In this document: positions 12,860 through 24,968 of the stretch, one piece after another
How positions within the stretch are numbered: the stretch's first letter is position 1
Layout: each line of letters begins with the position of its first letter
Source: Yuukianura sp. NJ FZ-2021
Taxonomy: Eukaryota
Assembly: GCA_046563655.1 (NCBI GenBank)
Contig: CM102289.1
Span: forward strand, 1,054,001 to 1,118,000
DNA length: 64,000 bases
Direction: 5' to 3'
The notes under the pieces: generated by a model
The model's input: the letters and a program-made list of their open reading frames with translations, nothing else
The model's database searches: none
Told to the model about the DNA's origin: nothing
Position numbers and translations under genes: made by a program

Positions 12860-13927
12860 GGTTCAGTTATTCATACGTGCTGAAAATGTAAACACAAGGT
12901 TTTATTGAATTATAAAATTGTATGTAAAATTATGAAATTGGAATTATTTACATTTTGATGCTAAACTCCCTTAACGCGAGCCATCACCCCCACCCAAAGA
13001 GTAGCGATCAAGACACCAAATATGTCAGTTCATAAAAACTTCTGGTTGAGTCAGTTAAGTGCTAATTATAGTTAACTAAATTAGTGAAAAAAAGGTAAAC
13101 ATAGAATAAACTTTAAAATTTACCAATGGTCTTCCCGCCACAACTTATTGAAATACTTATTGAAATTATTATTGAGTATGTGCGATTGTTCGAAGAAATC
13201 AGAAAATTCCGAGGATTAGACACTGCTCTACAAAATCAAGAACATTTAGAATAGAAGTAAGCTCTACCGCACATTGTTGTATCCACGTAATATAGCCAAT
13301 CTCCGGCTGCATGAGTTGGCTACAATGCTTAATAGTTTAACATTGATTAGTTACGACAAGCTAGTTGTTGCTAGGTTGCTACTTCTTGATGTACAGTTTG
13401 TCATAGCCACGGGCAATAGACCGGCTACAATGCTCGAATCAAAGGAAGATCGTTAATCGTTAGCTTCCCCGCAAAAACTCGTTGGTTGAAGTAAAAATTA
13501 ATTAGCGTCATTTCAACAGCAAATTGTATCTATCCTAGCCATCTTTCGTGTCTGTAACAGGTGGCTACAATTGTGTGACAACTGATGTGAATGACTTACA
13601 CTAAGGTAACTGCAAGTGGCAACCTAACTTTTCTTACAGTGCAACCATTAGTTGCCACACAGTACCTTTACATGGTTACAGCGACTCGAGTTAAACCTTA
13701 CAAAAACCTATGACTTTTTTTTTGTACATTTTTCCGTTTACAAATTTTGCAAGGTGCAGGCAGAGCGAACATGCTCTTTTTCATTGCCGCATGTTCACTT
13801 GTTGTCCGTTGGCTGTCGAGATTTGATCATCCCATTGCCTGTCCATTGCGATTTGAGAATAAACAGTTCATTTGTAGTAAATTAAGTCGAATCTCATCGA
13901 TATCTCGACTTACGGAACAAAATTTAA

Positions 13928-15855
13928 ATGGATAAGGAAGCAATGGCGGCGTACTGTAACTTTCAGGTATGGTAAGGGTTAGGTAAGAATCCAAGATAAA
14001 TTGACTAATTGTACTTTTATAGATAAGTCCGCCAAAAAAGAATGGAGGTGCAGAAGGGAATCGTCGAGCTGCACGAGAAAATGAACTGGCACGCCCACAG
14101 TACTTGATTTTGGGCGCCTTCACTTCCACGCCGAAGTTACACTTTGAGAGATTACAAGTTGGTCTGACCAGAAATCGCGTCCTTGTAGTTCGTAATCCAA
14201 CTAATCTAGATATTTGGGTAAGTACTTTAGAATCTTGGAAACGGACAGTTTACCCACATTGCTCTAATCGGTGCTTTATTTTTTCCAGTTTGAGTTCACT
14301 AAGATGCCACCGTCCACGTTCGACATAACATGCAATGAGACTGCCTCTGGAGTGTCACCAGGATTCGAATTGGAAGCTGGTGAGAAGGTGACGATTCCAG
14401 CTCAAGGTCAACTGACCGTTACCATCAAATGGTCACCAACTCAAGAGGGTCGCTGCTTTGAAGTTCTCAAATGCAAATCCGGACTCAGCGCTGTTACTCT
14501 TACAATTCATTTGCTGGGTGAAGCCGAACCTGGACCGAAAGTTGCCAAAGGGAGATCAGGTCTTCTCGGTCGTCGTTCGGCTTTGGGCTCCAATTCAAAT
14601 CTCTCGGCAGCACACTCTCTCACTTCTTTGAATTCATCTGCATCGGACGAAGTTGTATTTCAGGTATAAATTGACTAAATATCATGCTTTCTCTCGATTA
14701 CCCCACGGAATTAAGCCGACTCGTGAGTAAAACTATACTCTACGTGTGTGCTCTTGCTGGGAACACAAAGCGAGGCATGTGTAGGAATGCTTTCTTTACC
14801 AATGGAGGTCATTCCAAGGTTGCTATCGAACAATTAACTTGATCAATTACTAATTAAGTTACTTTTAGTCTGTCTTTGGCTCAAGTTTTCATCATTAGAG
14901 TCTAAACTTAAACTTGTTTCTCTTCTCGTTGTTTTAGGCAAAGCCGAAGGAGCTAATCCGTGAAAAAACGTTTCCGGTGAGTTGTTTTTTTTTTTATTGT
15001 ACTGCGGCAGTACTGCTTTCCAAGTACTTTCTAAACCCCACTGTATTTAAGCCGACTTGTAAAGTAAATCAGTACTTTATGAGTGTGCTCTTGCTGGGAA
15101 CAACAAATCGAGGCATGTGTAGGAATGTTGTCTTCATCCATAGAGATCATTCCAAGGATGCTATCGGATAGTTACTAAAAAAAAATGATAACAAATTGAT
15201 TTTGATTTTATTCATTTCATTTGATGTGTTTTTCATAAAATAATTTCTAAAATGTTGTTTTCAGGGTACATCGTTTGAGCAAACACAAATCCGCCGCAGC
15301 GCTACATCTGGACTGAACACAGATTCTGTTCTTCCTGCTGTCTCTTCCGTGTCATCTCCCTCACGTCGTGAAACATACCTCGTGACTCCAACGGCTAACA
15401 AAGCTCCTCTTTGCTTTGACATTTCAGCAGCACTGTCTAGTTTTGAGTTGAAGTTTGATGATGACGAGTTCAAAGAAAACGAAGCTCCTTTGTCAGACTT
15501 TGTGGACAGTGCAGGGCGAGAGGCTTTCTATCAAGATGAAATCCAGGAACAGCTTTTTGTGGACAACGATTACGCAGAATTGCAAACTGATATAAGTACA
15601 AATGAACAGAGAAGAGACTCTGCTTCGTCCATGTCAACTACTTGGAACCATAATTCGGGCGATGATACCCGTGAAACTGGTCATGTCCAAAGTCCACTCA
15701 CTTATGTCTCAAAGTACCCCAATCTCATGATGGATCCATTCAATGATCAAGTCGACCTGCAAGATGAACTGCTGGAAAAAGGCTTCGCTCAAATTAATTC
15801 TCTGCTGGACTTTTTGAAAACGAAACCAAAAAGAAGTGAAAGTTCCTCAACTTAA
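13928..15855 (+). CDS. Abnormal spindle/ASPM-like N-terminal (ASH-domain) protein, apparently truncated
   Basis: Exons 13928-13966, 14023-14217, 14289-14663, 14938-14976 and 15265-15855 join in frame. LILGAFTSTPKLHF..RNRVLVVRNP and KWSPTQEG resemble the Asp ASH domain. RRETY and DPF motifs present. Confidence 0.65.
14701..14835 (+). ncRNA. Candidate box H/ACA snoRNA (copy 1), intronic
   Basis: Hairpin, hinge ACACAA (ANANNA), second hairpin (GGAATG/CATTCC with internal loop), then ACA plus 3 nt; ~135 nt. Confidence 0.6.
15036..15173 (+). ncRNA. Candidate box H/ACA snoRNA (copy 2), next intron
   Basis: Paralog of 14701-14835 with a compensatory stem change (GAGTA/TACTC to AAGTA/TACTT), hinge ACAACA and terminal ATA plus 3 nt. 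Confidence 0.55.
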
Positions 15856-16054
15856 GTAAACTTTATGCAACAATTTTAATTTTTAAGTCTAATCAATTTC
15901 GTAAACTCCTTTTTTTTTTCACTTTTGTTCACCCTCATTTTATAACTCGTAAAATTAAATGCTACGAAGTTTTTCAATTTTCAATTTTTTTTTCAATTTT
16001 TTTTTAAAAGGACGCCGTTCATTTTTTTTTCTTCTGGAGAGATTCAGCACAGAA

Positions 16055-16245
16055 TTACTAATTACAGCTAATACAATTAGTAATTACAGCTAATTCATTA
16101 GTTATAACTGCTGATACAATAGTAATTACAGCTGAAACAATAGTAATCAAGGTAACTAAACATAAATAGAAAGCGCGTGTGTATTTATGTTTAGTTACCT
16201 TGATAGTAATTACAGCTAATTCATTTGTAATTCACTCCTAATTCA
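16055..16245. repeat. TAGTAATTACAGCT tandem repeats around a 23-bp inverted repeat
   Basis: ATCAAGGTAACTAAACATAAATA ... TATTTATGTTTAGTTACCTTGAT (~16146-16204) flanked by ~17-bp repeats. Confidence 0.6.
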
Positions 16246-16254
16246 TGAATTTTT

Positions 16255-16827
16255 TCATTCGTATCTCGTAGTTACAAACATTGTACTTCCTTTAGGATTT
16301 GTAGAAGTGTATGGTCCGTGTTTCATTCCTGGAGGTGGACAGGCGTAGTGGTTGACTCCAAACGTTTTGTTCAAGCTCAGGTCAGTCACGTCACCATCCA
16401 GGATCAGAACTTCTTCCCAAAATGTATGCACGGCCGGCTCCTGCGATTGCGCACGGGCCTTATGACTTAAATAACCTGCAGAATTTTATTAATTACTGAA
16501 TAAGTACTTAAACTAAATTTAATTACAATTTAATTAGGTTTGCACGCACCGAATGGAATGTGGAAGAGGAACGTGGAATCGCCCGTTCTGGGGTCGTCTG
16601 CAAAGTTTTCATTCTGACCATCGTCGTTCCTTCTCCCACTTCCGTCCAACCATAAGTGTCCAAGTCCGTGAACTCAAGAGTTGGCTATTCAAAATTTCAA
16701 ATTCACCAAGTCACATTTCCAACCTCAAAATTTTAACACTTTTTTAATTGCCAACTATGCCAAAGGTTACTTTTGATAGCGGTTTCTCTTGACCAGACAC
16801 GGGAGAAGTCATGCTGATGCTGAACAT
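16255..16827 (-). pseudogene. ChrR-like cupin (microbial-type), 3 exons, with a 1-bp frameshift
   Basis: Exons 16771-16827, 16550-16684 and 16255-16475 encode LSKPTLEF..W; DDPRTGDSTFL; VHTFWEEVLILDGDVTDL..YACPPPGMKHGPY. Total 413 nt, one base short near 16601 (pseudogene or sequencing error). Confidence 0.65.
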
Positions 16828-17400
16828 TTTATCTCAGAGTCCTTTATTGCTGTTAAATTTTGTTACGACTAAAAACTAATTTTTAGTTTCGGTTTTTTTG
16901 GAAAAACGAAACAGCGTGGTATGATTGGCATTTTTTTGTATGTGGAGAGAGCAAAACCAATATTTGATAAGATTAGAACACTTGATTTATAAAGTGTCGC
17001 CTAAAAAGTCCATTTTTGACAAACACTTAACCGAAATGCTTCAAAGAAAAACTTGTTCAAACAACTTTTTTCATCAAATGCCAAATATACTGTGTTTAAG
17101 AATTGAAAAATCCAGTGTTAAAGAAAAACACATCGAATTTTTTGTAATGTTGCAACACATTTCATAAATTTTACGATGAGCCATAGGTTTAACGGTAAAT
17201 TGAATTTTTTTGAAACATTTTTTCTGCCTGTAAAAAGAATTGCGTATGTAAGATATAAATCTGTGTGTCTGGGATCGATTCATGTTTATTATCATTGACT
17301 CACGATGCCAATTGGTAGAAATTTAGCAGCTCAACACCGTCAGCAAAGTTGACAAAAAATTTGGTACCAAACTTTGAGCAAAACAAGATTCAGTGGTGAC

Positions 17401-18257
17401 CAGAGGTGGTAGCCCGCAGGTAAACCTGCGCAGGTTGCAGGCCAACCTGCAGCACGTGCAGGCGGGCTCAACCTGCGGTGGATTTTTGCAGGCTGCAGGC
17501 GTGCAGGTTTTTATTTGGAAATGTTGCAGGCGGGCGGGTTCGGCCTGCAATGCTCTGCAGGCGCCTGCAGGAGCCTGCATTTCGCCTGCAGGCTGCGGGT
17601 TGTGATTTTTTGAGAGTTTATTCTCAGAAACTTCAAGAAAAGACAGAAACGAATAGAAAAATTACTTTGGAATGTTGAAGAATTAAAGTCAATGGAACTA
17701 TGCAAACTTTTTGCTGCACATTAGTTGCACTATAGGGCCTTTAAACAATAAATAATGAATCCGGAGGCAGAAATATGGTTAAGTAAAGTTGGCCTTACAC
17801 TTACCCGTGTAGGCAACGCAAGATTTGACAGTATAACTTTTGAGGATTTTTTTATGTGCAAGGATCCAGAATTTTTAAAAGTTAAACAAACCAAAAGTAA
17901 GGTAGCAGTGTCGTAAAACAATATATTACTAGGAATTTTTCTCCCTACGTGTTTGGAAAGGACAACCGACAGATAATCGAGGGTGATTGAGTAATTGCCA
18001 TTATACGCAAACGAATTTACGCAGTAGTTGTAAGTGTATATTAAAATTTTCGTAGATTACAGTTCGTATAAAAAAATTGCAGGCTAACTGCAGGCAGCCT
18101 GCGCAGGCTGCAGGCTGGCCTGCCGAAGAGCCTTGCAGGTGCAGGCGTGCAGGCTGCCGATTTTCGATAATTTTGCAGGCTGCAGGCGTGCAGGCTAAAA
18201 ATTCCTGCAGTGCAGGCGGGGCAGGTTGGGGAAAATAGTTGCAGGCTACCACCTCTG
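17401..18257. mobile_element. Non-autonomous hAT-like element
   Basis: TIRs CAGAGGTGGTAGCC / GGCTACCACCTCTG; exact 8-bp TSD GTGGTGAC (17393-17400, 18258-18265); subterminal CTGCAGG arrays. Confidence 0.85.
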
Positions 18258-19372
18258 GTGGTGACTGCGATTCTCGAAAAAAAAATTCTCCTCAGAATTT
18301 GATACTTTTTGTCTCGTCTGCGTTGAAACAAGGTTAAAATTTGCAAACCATGGCACAGATGCCTGCGTTTCAACTGTTTTTCATTTGTTTTTTTTTCTTG
18401 TGTTTACAGTTGCACTTCAGACATCAGTGTTACCTCAATGATTCTACGATCTAGAAGTGAGTGACCCAGTGAACTCTTCCCGCCAAATGTCGGTCAGTGG
18501 AACGCAGAATTTATTACTCCCGTTCATTGTCATCAGAGTGGCAGCTCTAACGCCATCGATGGCATTTGACACCAAGTACCCCACCTTAAACTTTGAATTT
18601 TCAAAAACAGAACTAAAAATTTAGCTAAAATGGACAATTTATTGTTCGAAGTGTTTTTTTTTAAGTTCTTAAGACAAAGACAAGAGTTTGACCACAATGA
18701 CAGTCCAAATGTCCATGCTTACGCGGGACATGGAACATGCGCAAAACGACTAAAACGACCTCGCCCTATCTAAGCGTATTTTGCCAGAATCTGATCAAAA
18801 GAAAAAAGAAAATGAAACCAGTCAACTACAGCGACGATTTCGGACTGCAAAATAGTCAAAGTCCTGGAGGTTATGCATTACACCCATCGTCACCAATAGT
18901 CCCGCAAATTCTCACCCAATTTTAAAATTTTTATACAACGGCTAGCAATCTTTCAACAAAATCAATACCTTCAGAATATTATTAATTCAGCCTTCTAATG
19001 TAAATGTTATGTTATTTCCAATTTATTTTTACGGTTTAACTTATCGTTTTGCAGCTCGCTGTGATCGGTAGCTTGCGGAGAAAACAACGTAAAGTTTCTT
19101 ATTACTGGACTCACACTTAGTACACTACCCAAAACGTTAAGATCCCTCCAAAACTTTTAGGTTTGCGGTGTCTTCCGACAAAAAAAGTTACAAAACGGGT
19201 TATTGTAATAACTAATTACATTAAGTATATTATTAACAAAATTCCTTTTATTTTACGTTTAAAAGATGTATTTACTATATATATTATTTATAAGCTTTTA
19301 TAAAACATACAATAAACAGTGTTGTGTTATGTTTATGTTCTATGAAAGTATGTAACTTGTGTCTGAATCAGC

Positions 19373-21330
19373 TTATTCTGGGTTTACCGTATTATACATT
19401 AGGCAGAACCCAAATGGGGAAGTTGTGGGCTGCGGATAATCACCTCTAATAGTTTTTCCGCAGTTGCAGTGATACTGCATCCTTAGCTGAGCAGGCATTT
19501 TTGAGAGTTGGCAATCGCTGAATGGTGTGAATTGTAGCGGTCCTACGTTGCAAGCAGGCGGTGGGGACATCCACTTGTGGTTCATGATAATTGGATTAAA
19601 TAGGTCATCTGGAGCAGTTTCAAATTTTGCAAAATCTTCTTTAACCGTTTTGACCAAAAGTTGATTCGAAGGAGCTTTCGTTATTGGCGGAAAATACCCG
19701 CCACAAAACGCACCGAATCCAGGGACAGCCACGTAACTCACTTTATCATAGCAACTTTGAGCCGTACCACCGTAAGGACCGTAAAAACTGGTTGTGAAAA
19801 AAGTGTTATAATTAAACATTGGTGGAGTCGTCGGAGGCGTAGAGTCGATCTCGCACATTTCCCACTAAAATTTACAGGTACAACGAATAACTTAGAAAAC
19901 ATGTACAATTTTTCCGCCGCAATTTATATGAGCATTGTGAAGTGACGAGACACATACTGTAATAGTGGATCTGGAAGGGGTTTTTCCTCCGACGCAAATT
20001 GTGTACTCGAGCCCAGCAATTTGATATCCGCTCTTTCCTCCATTACCGAAACTTTGAACTCGACCCATTTCCGCATTGTAGTTGAGCAAGCAGTGATCGT
20101 CAACTAAATTTTTTTGGAGAGGAATTTCGAATTTTAAGCTAACAAATTTGAATTTTTAAACAAAATTTGACTTTTTTTTTAATAAAATTGTACCTTTTTC
20201 GATAGAGTTGCAGTCCACGTGTTGGATTTTGACCTCAAATGGACTCTTTATTGTGCTGCGAAAATTGAGTCGGATTCCTTCCGAAGCACCGTATGACAAA
20301 TACACTTGAAATAAAAAGAAATGTAATTTTACAAATTTTTAAAACCATATTTAAGCATTGCATTTTGAAACTTTCTAAATGTTGATGAGATTACGTGGTT
20401 GTGTAATTGGACCACACAAGGTCAATGATTTTACAGTGATCGACCCTGTGGCCAAAAACGCTTCTTCCATGCACATTCCTTGGTCATTCGGCGGTTTAAA
20501 TGGAAAACTTTTAAATTCCACTTTGATTTGACAGGATCCTTTCATCTGTAATTTTGAAAAAAGTGTGAAAATGTTAAAAAAAAACAGTTTTGTACTTTTC
20601 CGGTTTGTTTGTACTCTTGGCAGAAGAAAGTAGTTTTCTTCAAAGTTGTTGTTTCCACGTAGGAGAGCAACGCGTTCATTTACAGTCACTGGAGCTTGAT
20701 TCGCTGTTGGCATAACTATGGCTTGATTTTATAAAATACAATAACATTACAAAAAAACTTATTAAAAAATTAGTTCATTTTAAAATTTTATTCAAATGTA
20801 TTCATATTTCAACGTACGTAGACAACACACGCCTGCGTCATACATGCCACATGCACCGCCAAGGGTTGTTCCATTACTACGGGTACATTGTCTCCTGCAA
20901 TCAAATATTTTTTCACACTTTCAATTTTATTCCATTTGAAATTTTTTTCGGAATTATTTTCCAATATTCACTTACGCTGGTTTACAAACTCCAGCATCCA
21001 TGTTGTCTCCCCAGCACAAAGTTGGTGCTATGGTGGCTTTAACTGCAAAAGTTTTGGTTGTAAAAGTTTTATATATTTTTGTCTTTAAAATTTGGAGTTT
21101 TATTTTGGCTCACAAAGGACTCTCGAGTCCCTGTTCTCTGGACTTATTTCGACGTCATCTCCTCGTGGCGACTTCAGTGCAGCTCCGAAAACCAAAAGTT
21201 CTAGAATTGTAACAACTTGAAGCAATCTGCGCACGTTCTTAACACAACCATGATAGAACATTGTAAGTAAATCGCTATTCACTTGTGAGAAAGTACTAAG
21301 CAAAATGAAAAAACAACGGAGGCTTTTCAT
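19373..21330 (-). CDS. Secreted cysteine-rich CUB-like domain protein, multi-exon
   Basis: Signal-peptide-like MKSLRCFFILLSTFSQVNS; CQIKVEFKSF..PP..GMC..LCG; CLLNYN..GRVQSF..LEYTIC; CYDKVSYVAVPG..FCG; GFCLMYN. This pattern resembles arthropod CUB-like proteins. Confidence 0.6.
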
Positions 21331-21586
21331 TTTATACTTACAGAAGTGTGAAGTTTTCAAAAGTGTTAATTCTACTAATGCCATCTTTGACACGATTAAA
21401 ATTGTAAATTAAAAATTTACACTCTGCCAACTTTGTCCTATAAAACAAAATTGAAGCGTTATTTACCGTATGCTAATTATCACAAATTCATGTCGTGGTA
21501 AATTCACCGAACCCAAACTTTAAGCACAATGGCAAAGTCTGCACATAAAATATAAATTTCAAAAAATGTCTTTGAAATTTATTCAT

Positions 21587-23393
21587 TTAGGTATTTTTTT
21601 TCTGTTTCCGTTTTTTAATTCGTTGAATAGTTTTTGTTGTAGTTTTTAGTGAATTTTGGGTAAGCACAATTAGGTTTATGAGACAGTCAAAGAGAAATCG
21701 GAAGTATACAACTGGCGTTTTTCTCTTCATAACAAAAAATCCTGAAATTTTGATTTCAAGCGGACGCAAACTCCGAATTGTTTGAACTTCGCCATCTTTG
21801 GCACTTTTTTGCCAATTTAGAATGACTTGTTGACTGGATGTGTACACTGCAGCACTCGTCAGAGCAACAGTCAAATGTATTCCAGTCGTAGCTACCAGAC
21901 GTGAAAGAAATGTCAAATATAACGTTTTGTCTAAATTTAAATTTCTCCCGCGAACTACAAAGTAGGCTTGGTGTGTCCAAGCCAAACTAAATAGAAATAC
22001 AACCGTTGGAGTATGCACAGGAGAAAAACAGAGGTTGTACATTTGGTTTAGAAGTTGGTAGAGTCTGTAAGTTTCAACCCACTGATTCAACCTATACAGG
22101 ATGTAGAAAATGAAAATAAAATTTAATTCCAAACAAAATTTGTACTCCATTTAAGTTAAGTTGTAGTTTTCACCTTAGTAAGTGCATTGCCTTGATCAGG
22201 ACACCATATACACAACACTGAACAGTATGAGAAAAACTCCGAATCCTACTAAGAAGTAGAGTAGGTATGTGTCCATCACAGAGAACAATAAGATCCAGCA
22301 TGCATTTCCATAATGTTCAGGTACAAAATAGTTACAAGTGAAATACCGCCCGGGGATTTACCAATTTGAAAATAAAGGCAGTTCCAAGCTTATTGACACT
22401 AATTAATGTAATGAGAATCTTTGCAAATTTGTCTACGCGCTTCCATGCTGTGCGAAACACTTGCTCATATTTACCTGAAAGTCAAGAAGTGTAGTCAGTG
22501 CTATGGTTTCAGTTGAGTATATAAAATATCATATTATAAATAATGCATATTATAAATAATACATGTATAGCATATACTATGCAGTATACACGAAAATTAA
22601 AGTACAGGGAGCATTTACACACTCTGCATATACAGCGTATACTAAAAAAAGCACACATATATTGCAAGTGCATATCTCTTGCATAGTAAGTGCTTAGTAA
22701 TGTAAATAGTATAGGTGGAGGTATTGGTATTGTACGCATATCACATACGTATATCACATATCACATATACGTATATCAGGTACGTATATCACGTGCGTAA
22801 ATATGTATAGCTGCATGATATGTACAGTAAGTGCTTACTGAGTATATGCAGTAGGTATATCTGGTATATAATAAGTATATTAGCAAATAGCATTTATATA
22901 TGTTTAAGATTTTGTATATGAAATGGTACGTACCTTCCATAACGCCTTGAAGAAATATGATTTGGTTAAAGGTGAACGCAAATTCCTGTTGTTTAAAAAC
23001 AACTCCTCAGTGTATCACCACTGACATGAGGTAAAAGACGACAAAGAAAACTGCCATGGTTACTTCGGAGAGGTTAAGTTTTAAATTTGTGTAAAAGTAT
23101 TGGAGCAGTACAAAAAGAAGAGACAAGAGCTTTAAGAAAGTTAAAAGCGTAAAAGTCAACCAAACAAAAGCTTTGGCTTTGAAACCAAAACGACTTTCCT
23201 ACTTTTGTCAAATTCAAATGGAATAGCATTTAGACGGGCCAGAAATGTCGTCAGTTTAACAATACTTCCAATTCGGTTAACAGTATCACTCTGTTGCGAG
23301 GACCATATTTATTAGTAAGTACTTTTTCGGTTTCAAAATTTGTTTCAAGTTCTCTTGCATCCGAATGACTATCCATGGACTAACTGGAAACAT
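21587..23393 (-). pseudogene. Gustatory/odorant-receptor-like 7TM chemoreceptor pseudogene
   Basis: Paralog of 52340-53734 (IRSLRPLEIKISGFFVMKRKTPVVYF..LINLI). Exon 1 has a frameshift near 23178 and an in-frame TGA at 23007-23009. The 5' limit is approximate. Confidence 0.65.
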
Positions 23394-23528
23394 TTTGTAT
23401 TAGTGACGTATATTATTTATAGTAAGAAAAATTATATTTAATATATATTACTCAATATATAACAGTCAACACAAAAAAAAATGGTAACACCTGCGGAGAA
23501 TGTTTTCAGTTTAAGTCGTCTCCGCAAG

Positions 23529-24100
23529 CGTAGCAGGTCATAAGAGCTAATCCAAAAAGAGCTAATCCAATAAGAGCTACTCAATAAGAGCTAAAAAAAA
23601 TAAGGGCTACTCCAAAAAGAGCTACTCCAATAAGAGCTAATTTCAATAAGAGCTAATTTCAATAAGAGCTACTCCAATAAGAGCTACTTTCCATAAGAGC
23701 TACTTTAGTTAAAGTAGATTTCCTGTTATTTTCCCGCGCCGAAGGCGCGGCGTTAGGTTATTTAATTGGCAATACTGTTTTCTGCTTTCAATACGAAACC
23801 TTTAGGGCATCTGTGATGCCCTTATGCAAATTACGAATGTGTCTTTAAATTTCGTTAGATGAATTCTCTTATAATGATTAGGCTAGCGTTGTTGGCCATG
23901 TTTAAAAGCGGGAAGATAACAATTAGTTTGCACTAATTACAGTAGCCCTTATGGAAAGTAGCTCTCATTGGAGTAGCCCTTATTGAAATTAGCTCTTATT
24001 GGAGTAGCTCTTTTTGGATTAGCTCTTATTTTTTTTAGCTCTTATTGAGTAGCTCTTATTGGATTAGCTCGTTTTGGTTAAGCTCTTATGACATGGAACC
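23529..24100. mobile_element. Foldback/MITE with AATAAGAGCTA subterminal arrays
   Basis: GTCATAAGAGCT.. arrays mirrored by ..AGCTCTTATGAC; flanking direct repeat (C)TCCGCAAG (8-9 bp TSD); internal CGCGCCGAAGGCGCG hairpin. Confidence 0.8.
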
Positions 24101-24968
24101 TCCGCAAGTCACTCTTTTGAAACCAGAATTCACATGATTGAAATTTAAAAATCCATTGACTTCTGATAAAAGAAGAACACAAATGAACAGAATTGCTCAA
24201 GAGGTGTACCTCGAGCGTCTTTTTTTTTTTTGAAAAGTGGAGTGCAGATTTTTAAAAAATTCCACCCAGACAAAGCCGCAAATTAAGTTTGAAGTATTTA
24301 TTTCAATTCTAGCGGGAAACTTTGGTAAAAGGTTGATTAATTTTTTTTTGTATTGTGGAAAATTGAAGCTGGAACAATTTCCATTACGGCTTTACCATAT
24401 CGATGATGAATTCGAATTGCAATGATGTAAAGCTACAGTTTGTCGATCTATAGCGTGCATATTTCCTGAAAAAAGTTTCCCAAGTTTACACAATGCAAAC
24501 TTTCCTCAATTTATTATATTTAAAGTAATATGTTGCGAAAGTTACCATACATTTTTTTAAATTTCATTGCCATCAGAAAAAGTTGCGTGAAAAACTCACC
24601 GGGTTCACATCCACCAAAGGAAGCCCAGAAATTCTGTCTCAATTTTGAGAAATTTCAAAAATCAAGTTAGAATTAAAAAAGATATTCTCTGCGAAAAGTC
24701 TAAATTTTCTCTAAATTTTGATTTAAAAAAAAAGAGAGCGAAGGTGAAACCCACCATTAAAGTTGTAAAGTGAGTTTTGAAATATAAATTTTGTTTGCAT
24801 CACGATTTTTAATTCTTGGAGTAAGCGAAAGAACCAACCCTAAAAAAACCTTAAACGTTATTTAGAAAATCGGATTTTAATAGTAAACATAAAACATTAA
24901 AAACTGTTTCAAAAGGAAATATTTTGTTTTTAGATTCCGTTTATTTTTTTTCCATTTTTTTTTAAATT

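Noticed and set aside
17323..18373. Cys/Ala/Gln-rich ORFs
   Set aside because: They arise from the CTGCAGG arrays of the hAT-like MITE.
18400..18930. Possible exons between the hAT MITE and the CUB-like gene
   Set aside because: Stops in the frames examined and no recognisable motif.
22480..22930. ORF 22509-22757 and TATATCAC-rich tract
   Set aside because: Low-complexity intronic DNA of the GR pseudogene.
23536..24090. CRISPR-like array
   Set aside because: Short repeats without unique spacers, mirrored as inverted arms, in eukaryotic DNA with no cas genes; this is a foldback MITE.
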